Assembly: GCA_051047955.1 (NCBI GenBank)
Contig: JBPGPT010000036.1
Span: 1 to 64,000, forward strand
Length of the DNA stretch: 64,000 nucleotides
Source: Cystobasidiomycetes sp. EMM_F5
Taxonomy: Eukaryota
Direction of reading: 5' to 3'
Position 1 is the first letter of the stretch. Every line of letters begins with the position of its first letter. The position numbers were made by a program, and so were the translations under genes. Under the pieces are notes generated by a model. The model worked only from the letters and a program-made list of their open reading frames with translations, was not told the origin of the DNA and ran no database searches. Shown one piece after another: positions 1-10,922 of this stretch.

Positions 1-2770
1 AATCGTAACGAATCTGGCGAAGGAATGGGCCGAGCTTCAGCAACCAACGGACATAACGGACACCGCAGATAGACTCCAGCATCGTCTGCGGAATATATCT
101 CAGCCATTGGTACGCTATGCGGCCGGCATGAGGAGCAAGGGATTGACGGACATTGTCATGCTCGAGGTGCTAGACCGGAAGAACAGACGCAATACCTGCA
201 AGCTATTCCATACGCCCATAGCTATATGGGACGCTATCCTCAAAAAAGTCAGGACAGCTTGGCTTCGTCGAGCCCGTCGGGCAGAGTATGTCAAGACCCT
301 TGCCGACTATGTACACCCGCTCGTGCCGGTCACCATTGTCGATCCGGATGAGAGTGCCGTCGACGAAAATGGCAATACTATCACTATCGAGCGGAAGCAC
401 ATGTCTGTTCTCAACTACATCAAGGAGCTGGTATTAAACTCCACGTACGACACGACCTGCGCAGCCGATGCTCCGTCGTTGGCCGCCATTCTTCCAGATA
501 GCCGCACGGCACTCGTAACCGACATCAGAAAACTGCTCCGACTTCGCCGACGTCTAGTGCCGACTGTAGGCACGCATGCTACTCTCGACGGCGTGCTGTG
601 CGGCCACTACGTCCATTTCCCAGCCAAGTTTGCTGTTCCCTTTTTTGGTGCACTGGGCCATTCGTTTACCATTGTAAGTTCGACATGAGCTTTTTTGACG
701 ATATACTAACATTGATTACATCAGAACTACAAGCCGCAGAAGATTCCCATGGACGCAAAATGGCTAATGTGGTGCATCAGGAATGGCGTAGTGCACGTCG
801 AGAGGATGGCTCACTGGATCAGCAAACACTGGCTCCTCGTATCCCACCATCTACACCTGGCCAATCGTCACTTGTACAACGACGAAGCGACAGCAACGCC
901 AACGCTGTTCGAAACTCTACGGTGCTTCCGACGTGGTCCCGGGCACGTCACCGTACAAGAACTTCATCATCAGGGAACCCTCGGGCCCGAATTAGCCGTT
1001 TGTGAGAACTGGGCAACGAGGATGAAAAGATATGTACAGGAGGTGCAGGACGCAGTCGAGGTGGTGGACGTGGTCAGGGAAGCTGCCGCCAAGCGATTGA
1101 CTATTTTCGACACAGTCTTCAAGCACGTCCTTCCGAGAGGCGACATCTGGGCCGGCTCGTTTGAGTTTGACGGCCAGGAGATCTGTTTTCGGTCAATCAA
1201 CGTGATGCAGGGCCACATTAGCGATACCTGGCTTGCCAAGCTTGACCTTCCGCATGACGTTGAGGAATGCCGTGTCGACACCGTGTTTCTTGCGCTCCTC
1301 CAGCATGCATCCACCTTTGGCAAGGTTGAAGAGGTGAAGCGTTGCAAGCATATGGGACAAGGCTACAGACGCAATCTCCGCAATCCTCAACCGCAGAAGG
1401 CAGGGCAACCGGCCGATGGCCACTCTTACAGAATCTTCAGTACACTAGAGTGGCTATCTGGTGGTAAATCGCGTTGGCAGTTTGATGAGGCTGGAGACCC
1501 TAACGCTCGATATCGTGGAGCTCGCCCATTTGTCCGACTGAACAAGCCCCCGGCACAAGAGCGTACCAAAAAAGGCCTACCGGTGGGCCTCGACATACTG
1601 TCAGCCAGCTCTGCAATCGACATTGGCGACAGTATGCGACAGCTAGTGGACGGGCGTGACGCTGATGCAGAAGACGACGACAAAGAGTATCTTCGGCGTC
1701 TCCGTATCGCTGGCAACGACCTTGGCCTGGTTGTGCCGAGTGCTATCGCAATCAATAGTCCCGTGTGTGCCGCACAGCAACCGGAAGCGCAAGGTGTGCA
1801 ATTGCAAAACAACACTTCCATCACGATGATTTTGCGAGCCACTGATCTCCAAGAGCAAATCCGTCGGCGGACGTCCTTCAAACATTACTTGCGCAACAAC
1901 CATTACATCCGGATCGACACAATTCGCAAAGATCCCTCGCTCGAATTTGCTCAAAATTTGTGGAAGATGCATGCACTCCATGAACAGCTGGTGCAGTCAT
2001 CTCCCGCATATGAGATGAACTCCCATCTACATCGCCGACAACGACGCTCTATCGAAGACAGAATATTTCACCAGTTCTGCAAGGTGGCATTTCCTCGCGG
2101 CGAGAAGTCTCTACCCCTCCTGTTCGTCGTCGGCGACTCGTGTGGCTTAACATCGAAAGGAGCGGCTCGCAAAACGGCAGACTTTGCGAATCCGATCTTT
2201 GTCATGTTGCGCAAAAAGTGCCTCGACAACAAGATGCCGATCCGGTTTGTTCTGGTCAACGAAGCCTTTAGTAGTCAAGTCTGTCCCAATCCGTCATGCT
2301 TCAACGAGCGAATACCACCTCAACCGCCAAAGTCGGACAAGCGGAAAAACAACGACAAATGCACTCAGCATGCACCGCGTCGTACGCCAGCCGGTGCTTG
2401 CTTGCGAGGTCGCAGTCGGTGAGTCCGATGCATTCGGTCTATAGAACAACGCTGAATGCAATTCTCGCCACAGCCTGTTCAAGGCTTTCTGGTCTGGTAC
2501 AATAGACCCGTGTCAACGCGTGTTGCAGTGTGAGACCTGTAATAAGGCCTATCACCGTGATGCCTCGGCCGCGATGAATATAGCATTCATCGCTTGGCAC
2601 ATATTGAGGTTTGGGCGTCATCCGTGGTTCGAGGAACACACGGTTCAAACGTGAGCAATAGAGAAATTCATTGAACGCAGAGCGGTCAACTACCGGCTCG
2701 AGCTAGCTCGTGGCTGGGGTACATCTAGACAACGCTCTTGCGTCGCCCTTACGGCAGCAAACCTGTTTAC
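1..2770 (+). mobile_element. Probable right part of a Fanzor-carrying transposable element (left end and any transposase lie outside the window)
   Basis: Inference from the Fanzor gene plus 3' structured RNA. No TIR or TSD can be verified because only one end is visible; the right boundary is approximate. Confidence 0.4.
2..2654 (+). CDS. Fanzor (TnpB-family RNA-guided endonuclease, probably Fanzor1), 5'-partial; 3 visible exons: <2-673, 725-2418, 2474-2654 (848 aa visible)
   Basis: Frame is open from base 2. Intron 674-724 (GTAAGT..ACTAAC..CAG) and intron 2419-2473 (GTGAGT..GCTGAA..CAG) splice in frame. Motifs: RuvC-I IAGNDLGLVVP (D at 1718-1720), bridge-helix-like RRQRRSIEDRIF, LFVVGD, VLVNEAFSSQVCPNPSC (E at 2261-2263), CETC, HRDASAAMNI (D at 2559-2561), FGRHPW, stop TGA 2652-2654. 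Confidence 0.9.
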
Positions 2771-2802
2771 AATAATCCGATACGTTGTTTTTTGCTTGCG
2801 AC
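2655..2802 (+). ncRNA. Candidate Fanzor omegaRNA (scaffold plus 3' guide; ends uncertain)
   Basis: Outer stem ACGCAGAGCG 2675-2684 / CGCTC(T)TGCGT 2733-2743. Inner hairpin 2693-2717: CCGGCT/GGCTGG with G-U pairs around the palindrome CGAGCTAGCTCG. Small hairpin GCC-CTTAC-GGC 2745-2755. Position just 3' of the ORF matches known TnpB/Fanzor omegaRNA loci. Confidence 0.6.
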
Positions 2803-2880
2803 AATCTACTCGTCAGGTCAGCCAAGCTGAACGATGGTCAGCACTGACGGTCAATGACGGGAGTGCAAGTATGCCGACAG

Positions 2881-3777
2881 CTTGAAGAGGTGCTTTGACG
2901 TGGTCGACGCAGAGCCAGCATCACCCAACACCGTCAAGCCGTGCATCTTTTGCGACGTTTCCACGGAGAAGGGCTTCAATGTGGTCCATAAAGTGCGCGA
3001 ATGAACGACCATTTGCCTGCGAGTCGGCTGCTGATGCACGACTTTCAGGATGACAAGTATACCGTCTTTCGCGACAGAAGCCCTGGGGCGCGTCTCCACT
3101 TGCTGACCGTTCCAAACAAGCATATTGGTGCGACCTCTCCTCAGAAGCTGACAGCTGAATGCAATACTGACCCACTCTGCTAACAGCTAACGTCAAGTCT
3201 CTGACTCCGCTCGATGTGCCCATGCGTACGTCTTCTCCAAACAGACGTGCCGCAACCGTACTCAGAGAGAACTGATGTACAGTCTCGACATACAGTCAAC
3301 GAGATGGGCGTTCTGGCAAATCAGCTGCTTGAGGACGAAGGCTATGCGAAGTCGCAGAGGAGGTCCGTGGGCTCGACGAATCTCTGTAGCGGTTTGGTTT
3401 CATGCTAAGTATTGGCACAAACTTCAAGGCTAGGCTTCCATATTCCCCCGTCAGTCTCCACGAAGACCCATACAAGGCAGTAGGCTCATCACTGTTGCTC
3501 CTCGCTACATCATCTTCCTATATTGACAGTTTCTACTCGGTATGCTTTGACTACATAAGGCTGCGCTAGTTTACGGCTGACACCCATCTACCTCGGATAG
3601 GTTGATCATCTCCATTTGCACGTCTTTGGCCTGCCATTCCTAAGCATCGTAGACAAGATCAAGTATCGGCCATCCTACATCAAGTCTCGCACCAAGGGCC
3701 TGTCTCACTTTATTGCACTAGAACAAGCGATACGAATACTGGAAGCTGGGAAGAAGGTTTCGGTCATGCCGTGCTAG
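2881..3777 (+). CDS. HIT-family nucleotide hydrolase (HINT3-like), multi-exon; start codon not resolved
   Basis: Spliced motifs CIFCDV, FRDRSPGARLHLLTVPNKHI, GFHIPP-FYS-VDHLHLHVFGLPF (histidine triad); stop TAG 3775-3777; 10-nt microexon at 3530-3539. Confidence 0.85.
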
Positions 3778-3873
3778 CGTATTCGCACCTCGTCGTTTCC
3801 CCAAGTACAGTCAATAGTATGGCATTTCATGTTAGTTGGCCTCCATGAGTTCGCGTTGTTCAAACTCGTCGTC

Positions 3874-5374
3874 ATGGGCGAAAAGCGCAAAGGACATGCG
3901 GACGGCGCGCAAGGACACGCAAAGAAGCGGAGATTCATTGCAGCTGCGCACAAGATGCAGGCTCGAGGTGGTGAGATTCGTGGACCCGGCCTGTGGATAA
4001 CCTGCGACCGTCGGAAGGAAGGCAGGGCCGTCACGGAAGCGTACGATATCCTGAACGAGGTGCGTCGGTGCCGCGCTGTGTCGATATGTCGGCGCTGGGC
4101 AGACTGAACGTTGATATCGTTCGTTTCGAAAATGCAATACGTTTCCAGGCCGCAGACAAGCTGTATCCGAGGAAGGACTCGACGGCTGACGGCGACCACA
4201 CGAATACGAGCGACGGCGACGACGTCGAGGAATCCATCGAAGATCAAATCGCCCGAGAGCTCGAGTTGATCCAGTCAAAAGATGGGAAGGAGAATACCAT
4301 GCGGTTTCAGAGCGTCAAGACCGATACCGAATGTCGTGAGTATTGCGGAATTGCTAATACGATCTATCCTGTGTACTGAATATGTTACTACAGTAATTTG
4401 GATATCCTGTCTTCCCCCTTGTAATCCAATACAATTAACGACGCATATCGTGAACGAGCTGCAGAACGGAGGCCCTGCGAGGACAAAGTCAGTATCTCGA
4501 TACTCAGTGTGACTTTCAGTGATGCTGCTGAATTCTTCATATTGAAGACATCTTCAGCGTATCACTCCAGTCAGCGCAACATGTCAAGCAACGCCCGAAG
4601 CACTCCGTTTGATGGCCTACCGGATTCTGCAAGCGACATTTGCGCCTCTAGATTACACGGAAGAGCAAAGAGCTGAAGATGAATTTATTACCGTGCGTAA
4701 AACTCCGTTGTCCTGTCTCAAATGACTTTGCTGAGAGTGTCAAGTACCAGTATCGAATTGAACCATTTCTCCGAAATCATTCTGGCTCGCTTAGTCGGGA
4801 TATTATCCTCCATACTATTGGATCAGTTGTCCGCGACTTGACAACAGCGTCTTTCCAGTATCCGGAGAAGATGTCGGAAATTGCAACTATTACCAATGCT
4901 GATGGGGGACCGAAATCTGCCAGCGGCGATGCAGACAAACAAGACTCGCCAAAACATGAGAATGTTGCGGAATCCGAAGGTGTCACCAATGGAAACCTGG
5001 ATGCCAGTATAGGAGCGACCGAGGGCGGAAACGCTAGTGAAACGAAAATAACGTCACTCGAAGGCAGAAACGTCGCAGAAGAGGGAAAAGTTCTGGGCGG
5101 AGATGCCTCTGCCGATGCGGTCCTTGACGAGAATCCCAGCACCTCAAGCATGTCAGGGAGGCCTAGACTTCCGGAAGCTCGTCGGAAAACAAAAGTCGAC
5201 CTAAAACATCCCAAATATACTATTCTAGTCTCAGCTTTGAAGGGCGTATGTGGACTCTCAATCGTGGAAGGATTTGAGGAGAGCCGGAGATTTAACATTC
5301 AGGTGTTGAGCGAGAAAAAGGTGCAACAAAAACCACCAACCGCTGCGCAAGCCGAAACTCCAATAGAAGCCTGA
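3874..5374 (+). CDS. TAN1: THUMP-domain tRNA-modification adaptor (Tan1/THUMPD1-like)
   Basis: GPGLWITCDRRKEGRAVTEAYDILNE, SIEDQIARELE, YRIEPFLRNH, KVDLKHPKYTILVSALKGVCGLSIV..RFNI; several short GT-AG introns. Confidence 0.8.
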
Positions 5375-5581
5375 CCGCGTCGGCCGCCTTTCTCCCCAAT
5401 GATAACAGACCGCATATAGTCCTATCTTCCTAATATCTAAATAACATGTTGTCGTGCGATACTCTGATGCCACCCTTTCTCGGGATATCCGTTTCGCGCC
5501 TGAAAATTGGCCTACCTGTCAACATAGCTATGCTTTGCCCGACCTATGACCCTGCTAATCGATTTCTCGTGCTCACTATTT

Positions 5582-6689
5582 CTACATGTAAGGCGACGGC
5601 GAAGCGGGAAGGCCTCTAATGAAGGCATCATCGAGGCTGAGGTATGCCGACCCCTTAGTATCCTCTGTTGAGGGCACGGCTGTCGAATGAACGGACTCTG
5701 CGGGGCTCGGATACAGCATGCTCGACAGCGGGGAAGGTATTCCTTGATCTCCATTGTGGCGCGAGCTTCTCTTGGCTGATGTCCTACGGTGAGAGGAGCT
5801 CGATGACGAGCCAGCCTGGGACGGCCTTTGGGAACCATACACGGAGGTTGACATCATTGGATTAGATGACGTCAGTGAGAGACTGGAACGCGGCGGAGTG
5901 TACCCTCCCGACATTCCGCCAAGGAAAGAAGCTTCGGGTATGGGTTGAAAGTTGTCAACGTCGTAATTGGTCGATCGAAATGACCGTGTTGAAGATGTCT
6001 GCCATGTGTTGTCAGGCTTCAGAAGATCAAATGATCCGAATCCATCATCTGTAAAGAGCGGGTCCAGACGACTCTGCCGACTTGTCTTGTCCGATCGACG
6101 GTGCATAGGGGTCGTCTCCAAACAAGCGAGGGTTTGAGATTGGCGGCGCTGGCTAGAGGCTTGCATACCAAGGGTATAGCTTCTCTTGCGCGTGCTTGAC
6201 GTGCCTGTGGAGGTGCTGCGGAGGCTTGAGTAGGTAGTTGCGTTCATTGTTGGGAAATACAGATCATCTTTGTAGGTAGTACCAGCTTGAGAGCGCAAAT
6301 GAGAGGCTCTGTAGTAGGAGGATCCTGTTGAGGGCAACGAGTAGGAGTCATAGGCCGATGTTGTTGCGCTGCGATCTGCCCCGCAGTGGCGAGGGGTCAG
6401 TCCGTTGATTTCGAGAGCATTGTCAGACATGGATAATTGGAACAGACTTACCGCTGTTCTTTGAAATGTAGGATGTAGAATGCGACGGTGTATATTGAAA
6501 GGCAGAAGCCTATGTAAGGACTATTCAGCAAGCTGTGGGCATTGTACAGGAAGTTAGATAGCGCACGTTGTTCTCCGTCGGAATGTGCGTTGACAGTCTT
6601 CGGGACTGCCTGTCAGACGTCAAGTCGAAGGACCGGTGGTGAAGCTGATGTGGTGGATCGGCCGTTGGGGCTGAAAAATACGGATCCAT
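5582..6689 (-). CDS. Hypothetical Ser-rich, likely disordered protein (3' end uncertain)
   Basis: Exon starting MDPYFSAPTADPP followed by a 282-aa Ser/Thr-rich ORF; no recognisable domain. Confidence 0.45.
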
Positions 6690-7103
6690 GTCTCTTCCAG
6701 TGATTCGGATAGTATGCAATGAAAGAAAAGGAGGAGAGAGAGAGGAGCTTCGACCTGATAATACCAAGATAACGCTGTTATTTTGTCAACTACGTAGTAG
6801 CCAGTCTGTACACCGAGATCGTCTACCAGCGCCCGGAGCGGAAATGATTGCAGACACGTATAAAACAAGGTTTCCGCACCATCACTGAACTCGTGCTCGC
6901 ATGGGCTGAGGCGGTTGTCAGTTGCGCCGAGAAGTCTTGCGAAAAAGGCGTCGCACAAAATCACCCGGATCCCGCTCGGGCTGAGCGAGGTCAGCGCGCC
7001 ATTCATTCATACCGCATCGCGTCAGCTTGTCAGTAGCGTCTGTTGTTCAGCCGCGTCAGTCAGAGTCAGTGCGGGGATCCTGTCAGTCTTCACTTTTGTC
7101 TGC

Positions 7104-8645
7104 ATGTCGATATTGGAGCTGCCAGCTGCGCAGACGTTCGCGTCAGCCGAGCCTGCGCTGCTACGACGTCCACAGCTGCTGGCGAGCTTCTCATTTGACG
7201 AAAATCGCGCCGTCTTGGTGGACGATGACCGCAAGGATGAGTCGCTGAGATGGTACAGGCAGCCGATACTGGGACTCGATGTGAAGTATGGCTTCGAGAA
7301 GTGTACATGGCGTCCCGATGGCATCGACGAGGGGCTCGACGCGCTGCTCGACTGGCAAGCTGCGGCTTTGGACTGTCGGATCTGATAACTGATTGACTGA
7401 TTGATTGACTGATGGCAGCCTGATGCATAATCTCGAAGATGTCACAAAGTCGGAGGCACTGACCAGGCTGCTGCAAGATACCGCACTTATAACATGGCGC
7501 GGAATGACGACAAAGCTGCTGACTTGCATCTACGAAGAGTTCGAAGGCTGGGAAATGGATGCAATGATGGTCAACGGCTGCCTGTATCTGGCCGAGTACA
7601 AGCCATATCTCGCACGCAAGATCAAGCAAGATTCCGTCCAAAAGCTGCAGACTTACTCTGGGTGAGCTGACCTAGCGATTTTGGCTTGCCGTCCTAGCGG
7701 TCTAATGCTTCAGCATATCCCCACAACAGCTACGCTTTCGAGAGCTTCTGCACGACGTCCGACCCATCAAGTCCCCAAGGTACCTCAGCCGCAGAGTGTT
7801 GGAGCGGAGACGTCAACACAAACGTGCAGTGGGCTGCCGTCGTGAGAACCGCTCTCGGTGACGTTCCAATGATCCTCGGCGGCGAAGTAGACTGCGTACA
7901 AGACAACGCAGGTCTACAGGCGGGTTTGGAGCCGCAAACCTTCGTAGAGCTCAAGACCAACCCCGTCCTCCTCAACCCGAGAGATGAAGCGCGTTTCGAA
8001 AGGTATTTCAAATTTAGTCAAGTTGAGCGAATCGACACCCACTGATGGCTGAATAGGTACAAGCTGCTCAAGCACTACGTACAGAGCGGCAAGTACTACC
8101 TTACTATCAGCCTTACCGCCGTAGCCTGACTAAGACGTAATCGTATGTGCTTGTACAGTTCTGCTTGGGGTGCCAACCGTTGTCGTGGGGTTCAAAGAAC
8201 CAAATGGAACCCTCGCAGGTTTTCAATCGTTTGCTACCATTGAACTACCTTCATTGTAAGTCTCCACTGCCTGATGGACGGGAATTATTAGTTCAACCCA
8301 ATCCCGCTCGTTAGTGTCGTGGAGAAACCGAATGCGTGGCATGCCAGTGCTTGTCTGAATTCTGGACACCGCATCCTGACCTTCCTGCTCGACACCTTGT
8401 CGTCGTCACAACATGTCAAGGCTTACGAGGACATGCCGGAATCTAATCCTGCACCAGTCTATCGATTAACATTCACTCCGGCCAAGCGACAAACCTCGGC
8501 ACTTGCAAACATCACTGTACGCAAACTATATCCGGACGAAGTTACCGATATACAGCATAGTAAAGCTACCAAAACGGAGCGCGCTGGCTTTCTGCCGATG
8601 CGATGGGTGCAAAAGATGCGAGCCATGAAGACCAAGTACGCATAG
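7104..8645 (+). CDS. RAI1: RAI1/DXO-family decapping nuclease
   Basis: ITWRGMTTKLL, GYAFESFCT, LGGEVDCV, FVELKT, KLLKHYVQS-VLLGVPTVVVGF; includes two GC-AG introns (7355-7418, 8089-8158). Confidence 0.92.
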
Positions 8646-8738
8646 CCATCATGAGACGGGTGTTGGCGATACTGATGCGAAGCACACAGATCCCTGCAAT
8701 CGTCTTCTATGCTACAGTACTGATCTTCGGGATATTGC

Positions 8739-9628
8739 TCAACCGTCGGAAGCAGCATTATACGCCTGTCCAGCAAAACTTAGTCAGCAAGGCTCATACA
8801 AGCTAGACTGCCGGGACGTGCTTCCTTGTCTTCCAAATATCCGAGATATGCAATAGCCACCGTCACAAAAAAGGTCGACTCCACGTTTAGTCGGCCGATC
8901 GCCGACTCGTCGATACGAAGAACGCCTGCGGTATCGCTGTGAAGCAGGGATGGATGGTCATCGTAGGACAGAATATCCTGTTGCCTGCCATTATCGTCTA
9001 GAAGCAGACTGTGCACGGCATTCAGTACAGCTCGAGACAGTCAGCCAATTTATAGCAGACCTGAACGAATTGTTCTTGCTGGCGAGAGCCTCCTTGATGC
9101 CCCGAATAGATAGTCGATTATGATTCTTTGCGCCTTCCTTTGCACTGACGAGAAAGCTTACTGCCCGTCTGGCTGAAGATGGCTTCGTTGCCCCATCGAT
9201 TGTAGGCGAGTTGTCATCGACAATGATTTGAAAGCGGAAGCCTGCTGGCTTGACGGGTTCAAGATTAACGTGCTCTTGTGCGTCCATGAATGGTTCGTCA
9301 GTCAGCGACCGGATGTGGAGATACCATCCTCGAGTTGGCCTGTTTTCCAGGGTATATATGTCAGCCAACGTCAGCCATTGGATAGACCAGGACTTGCTGG
9401 TGGACGGAGCAGACTTGGTTGCTGAGCAGATTGGAGACATATTCGACAATCTCGTCGTCGACTAACGTCCTTTCCTGGATGTATATGTATTTCGTCAATT
9501 GGCAGGCCCTTATGCTGGCAGTCGCAGCTCACAGACACCCAAATGGGCTTCGCTTCGTCGTGAGAGCCGTACACCTCAAAGGACCGCTTGTCAAGCGCAT
9601 GCTTTGCTGTTACTTTGTATTCCTCCAT
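8739..9628 (-). CDS. Hypothetical protein, multi-exon
   Basis: Consecutive minus-strand ORF segments joined by plausible introns (MEEYKV..., LENRPTRGWYLHIRS..., FFVTVAIAYLGYLEDKE-AYNAASDG*). Confidence 0.6.
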
Positions 9629-10006
9629 CGGTCGTGCGACAAGGCACTATAGACGCGACTACTTTCAAGACATCAGGCAACTAGACCTTACGTCGCTACA
9701 TCCACTATCGCGTCGCATGCCTGCCATCCAGTCGTCCATCTTGCAACCAATCATGATCGCAATCACCTCCATGTCCGCCTGGCACCACTCTGATTGTACC
9801 GTACCTTCGCGTACACATCCGGCTGTCTTGACTGCGCTGCGCAGCAGGTCGGCGTGTAACCTCGCTCAATGTTTCTGAGAATATACTGGCCGTGATTGCT
9901 CGCCGTGCACCACTAGTACATTCTTGACGTCCTTGCTACATTGTGGGATGACGCCAGCTTCCACAGAAAGCCTTGAACAATGGTCTTTCCGGCGTAGATC
10001 AGTGAA

Positions 10007-10835
10007 TTAGGCAATCGTGTATCCACGCTCGCTGTCACGAGGTCGTAAGAGATAGCTTTGACGGAAGCCACCGCCTGGCTCATCTTCCATCAGTCGGCCG
10101 CTGTACAATCCATTGAAGCCATTCTTCTTGTATAGCCTCTCCCCGGCTCCGCTAGCAATGACAAAGATTGCATCGTTGCTGGCCTTTGCCAACTCGAAAC
10201 CTGGTTGCAATAGCTTTGCGCCTAATCCCCGATTTTGATAGTCAGGCGATACACCTAGGGCCGTGAGCTGCCAGTATCCGGCGTTTGCTACTTCCTTAGG
10301 CTCGTGCGCAGCCTTGAACTCTCCGTCTCTGGCTGTAAGCTGCGCGAGCCTTGTGCTCAAGGGGCGGAGTCTTGGATCCAACCATTCTCTAAGCCAGAGC
10401 GGATAAATGTAGCTCTTGACCCAGTCGTACCAGCGTAAGTACACGCCAAGTACGCGCAGGCTTAGCGGAATATCTCGTCCTAGATTTCGGCTTCCTTTGG
10501 GTATTCTCCAGACGGACAGGCCTACGACGCGGTCGGCAGCTGTTGCGACAAAGAGATGGTGTTTCGGATCGCACATCCGCCGCGTCAACAAGGCGACTCG
10601 ACGAGGCAGAGTCCAAGCCAGAGCGGCGGCATAATGTTCTTCGTCAGATGGATCTGGGTATTGGTATGCTGTTTGAGATGTTTCATCAGTTGTTGACTGG
10701 ATGCTCCGTCAGGATTCAAGACCAACCCCACACAGTCCCAGGATCAGCTGCAAACGACACATTAAGTACGGACGCAATCTGTCTAACGTCAGCCAGCGAT
10801 GCCCGCCGTATGATAATATGGTCTTTTTCCGACAT
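10007..10835 (-). CDS. GNAT-family acetyltransferase
   Basis: IRRASLADVRQIASVL N-terminus; motif A YWQLTALGVSPDYQNRGLGAKLL; motif B ASGAGERLYKKNGF. Confidence 0.9.
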
Positions 10836-10922
10836 GTGTTGGCGCTCGGGCAACATATGTATATCCATTGACTGTAATTTGTCTGTACAACGACTGCAAT
10901 CGTCTAATCATTCACTTTTCCA

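Noticed and set aside
107..2422. ORFs 107-688 and 749-2422 as two separate genes, or as a truncated nuclease pseudogene lacking RuvC-III
   Set aside because: Both stops fall inside canonical introns; splicing yields one continuous frame that includes RuvC-III.
2693..2730. Helitron 3' terminus (hairpin followed by CTAG at 2725-2728)
   Set aside because: CTAG is followed by A rather than the usual T and lies inside the larger 2675-2743 stem. Not supportable without the left end, though not fully excluded.
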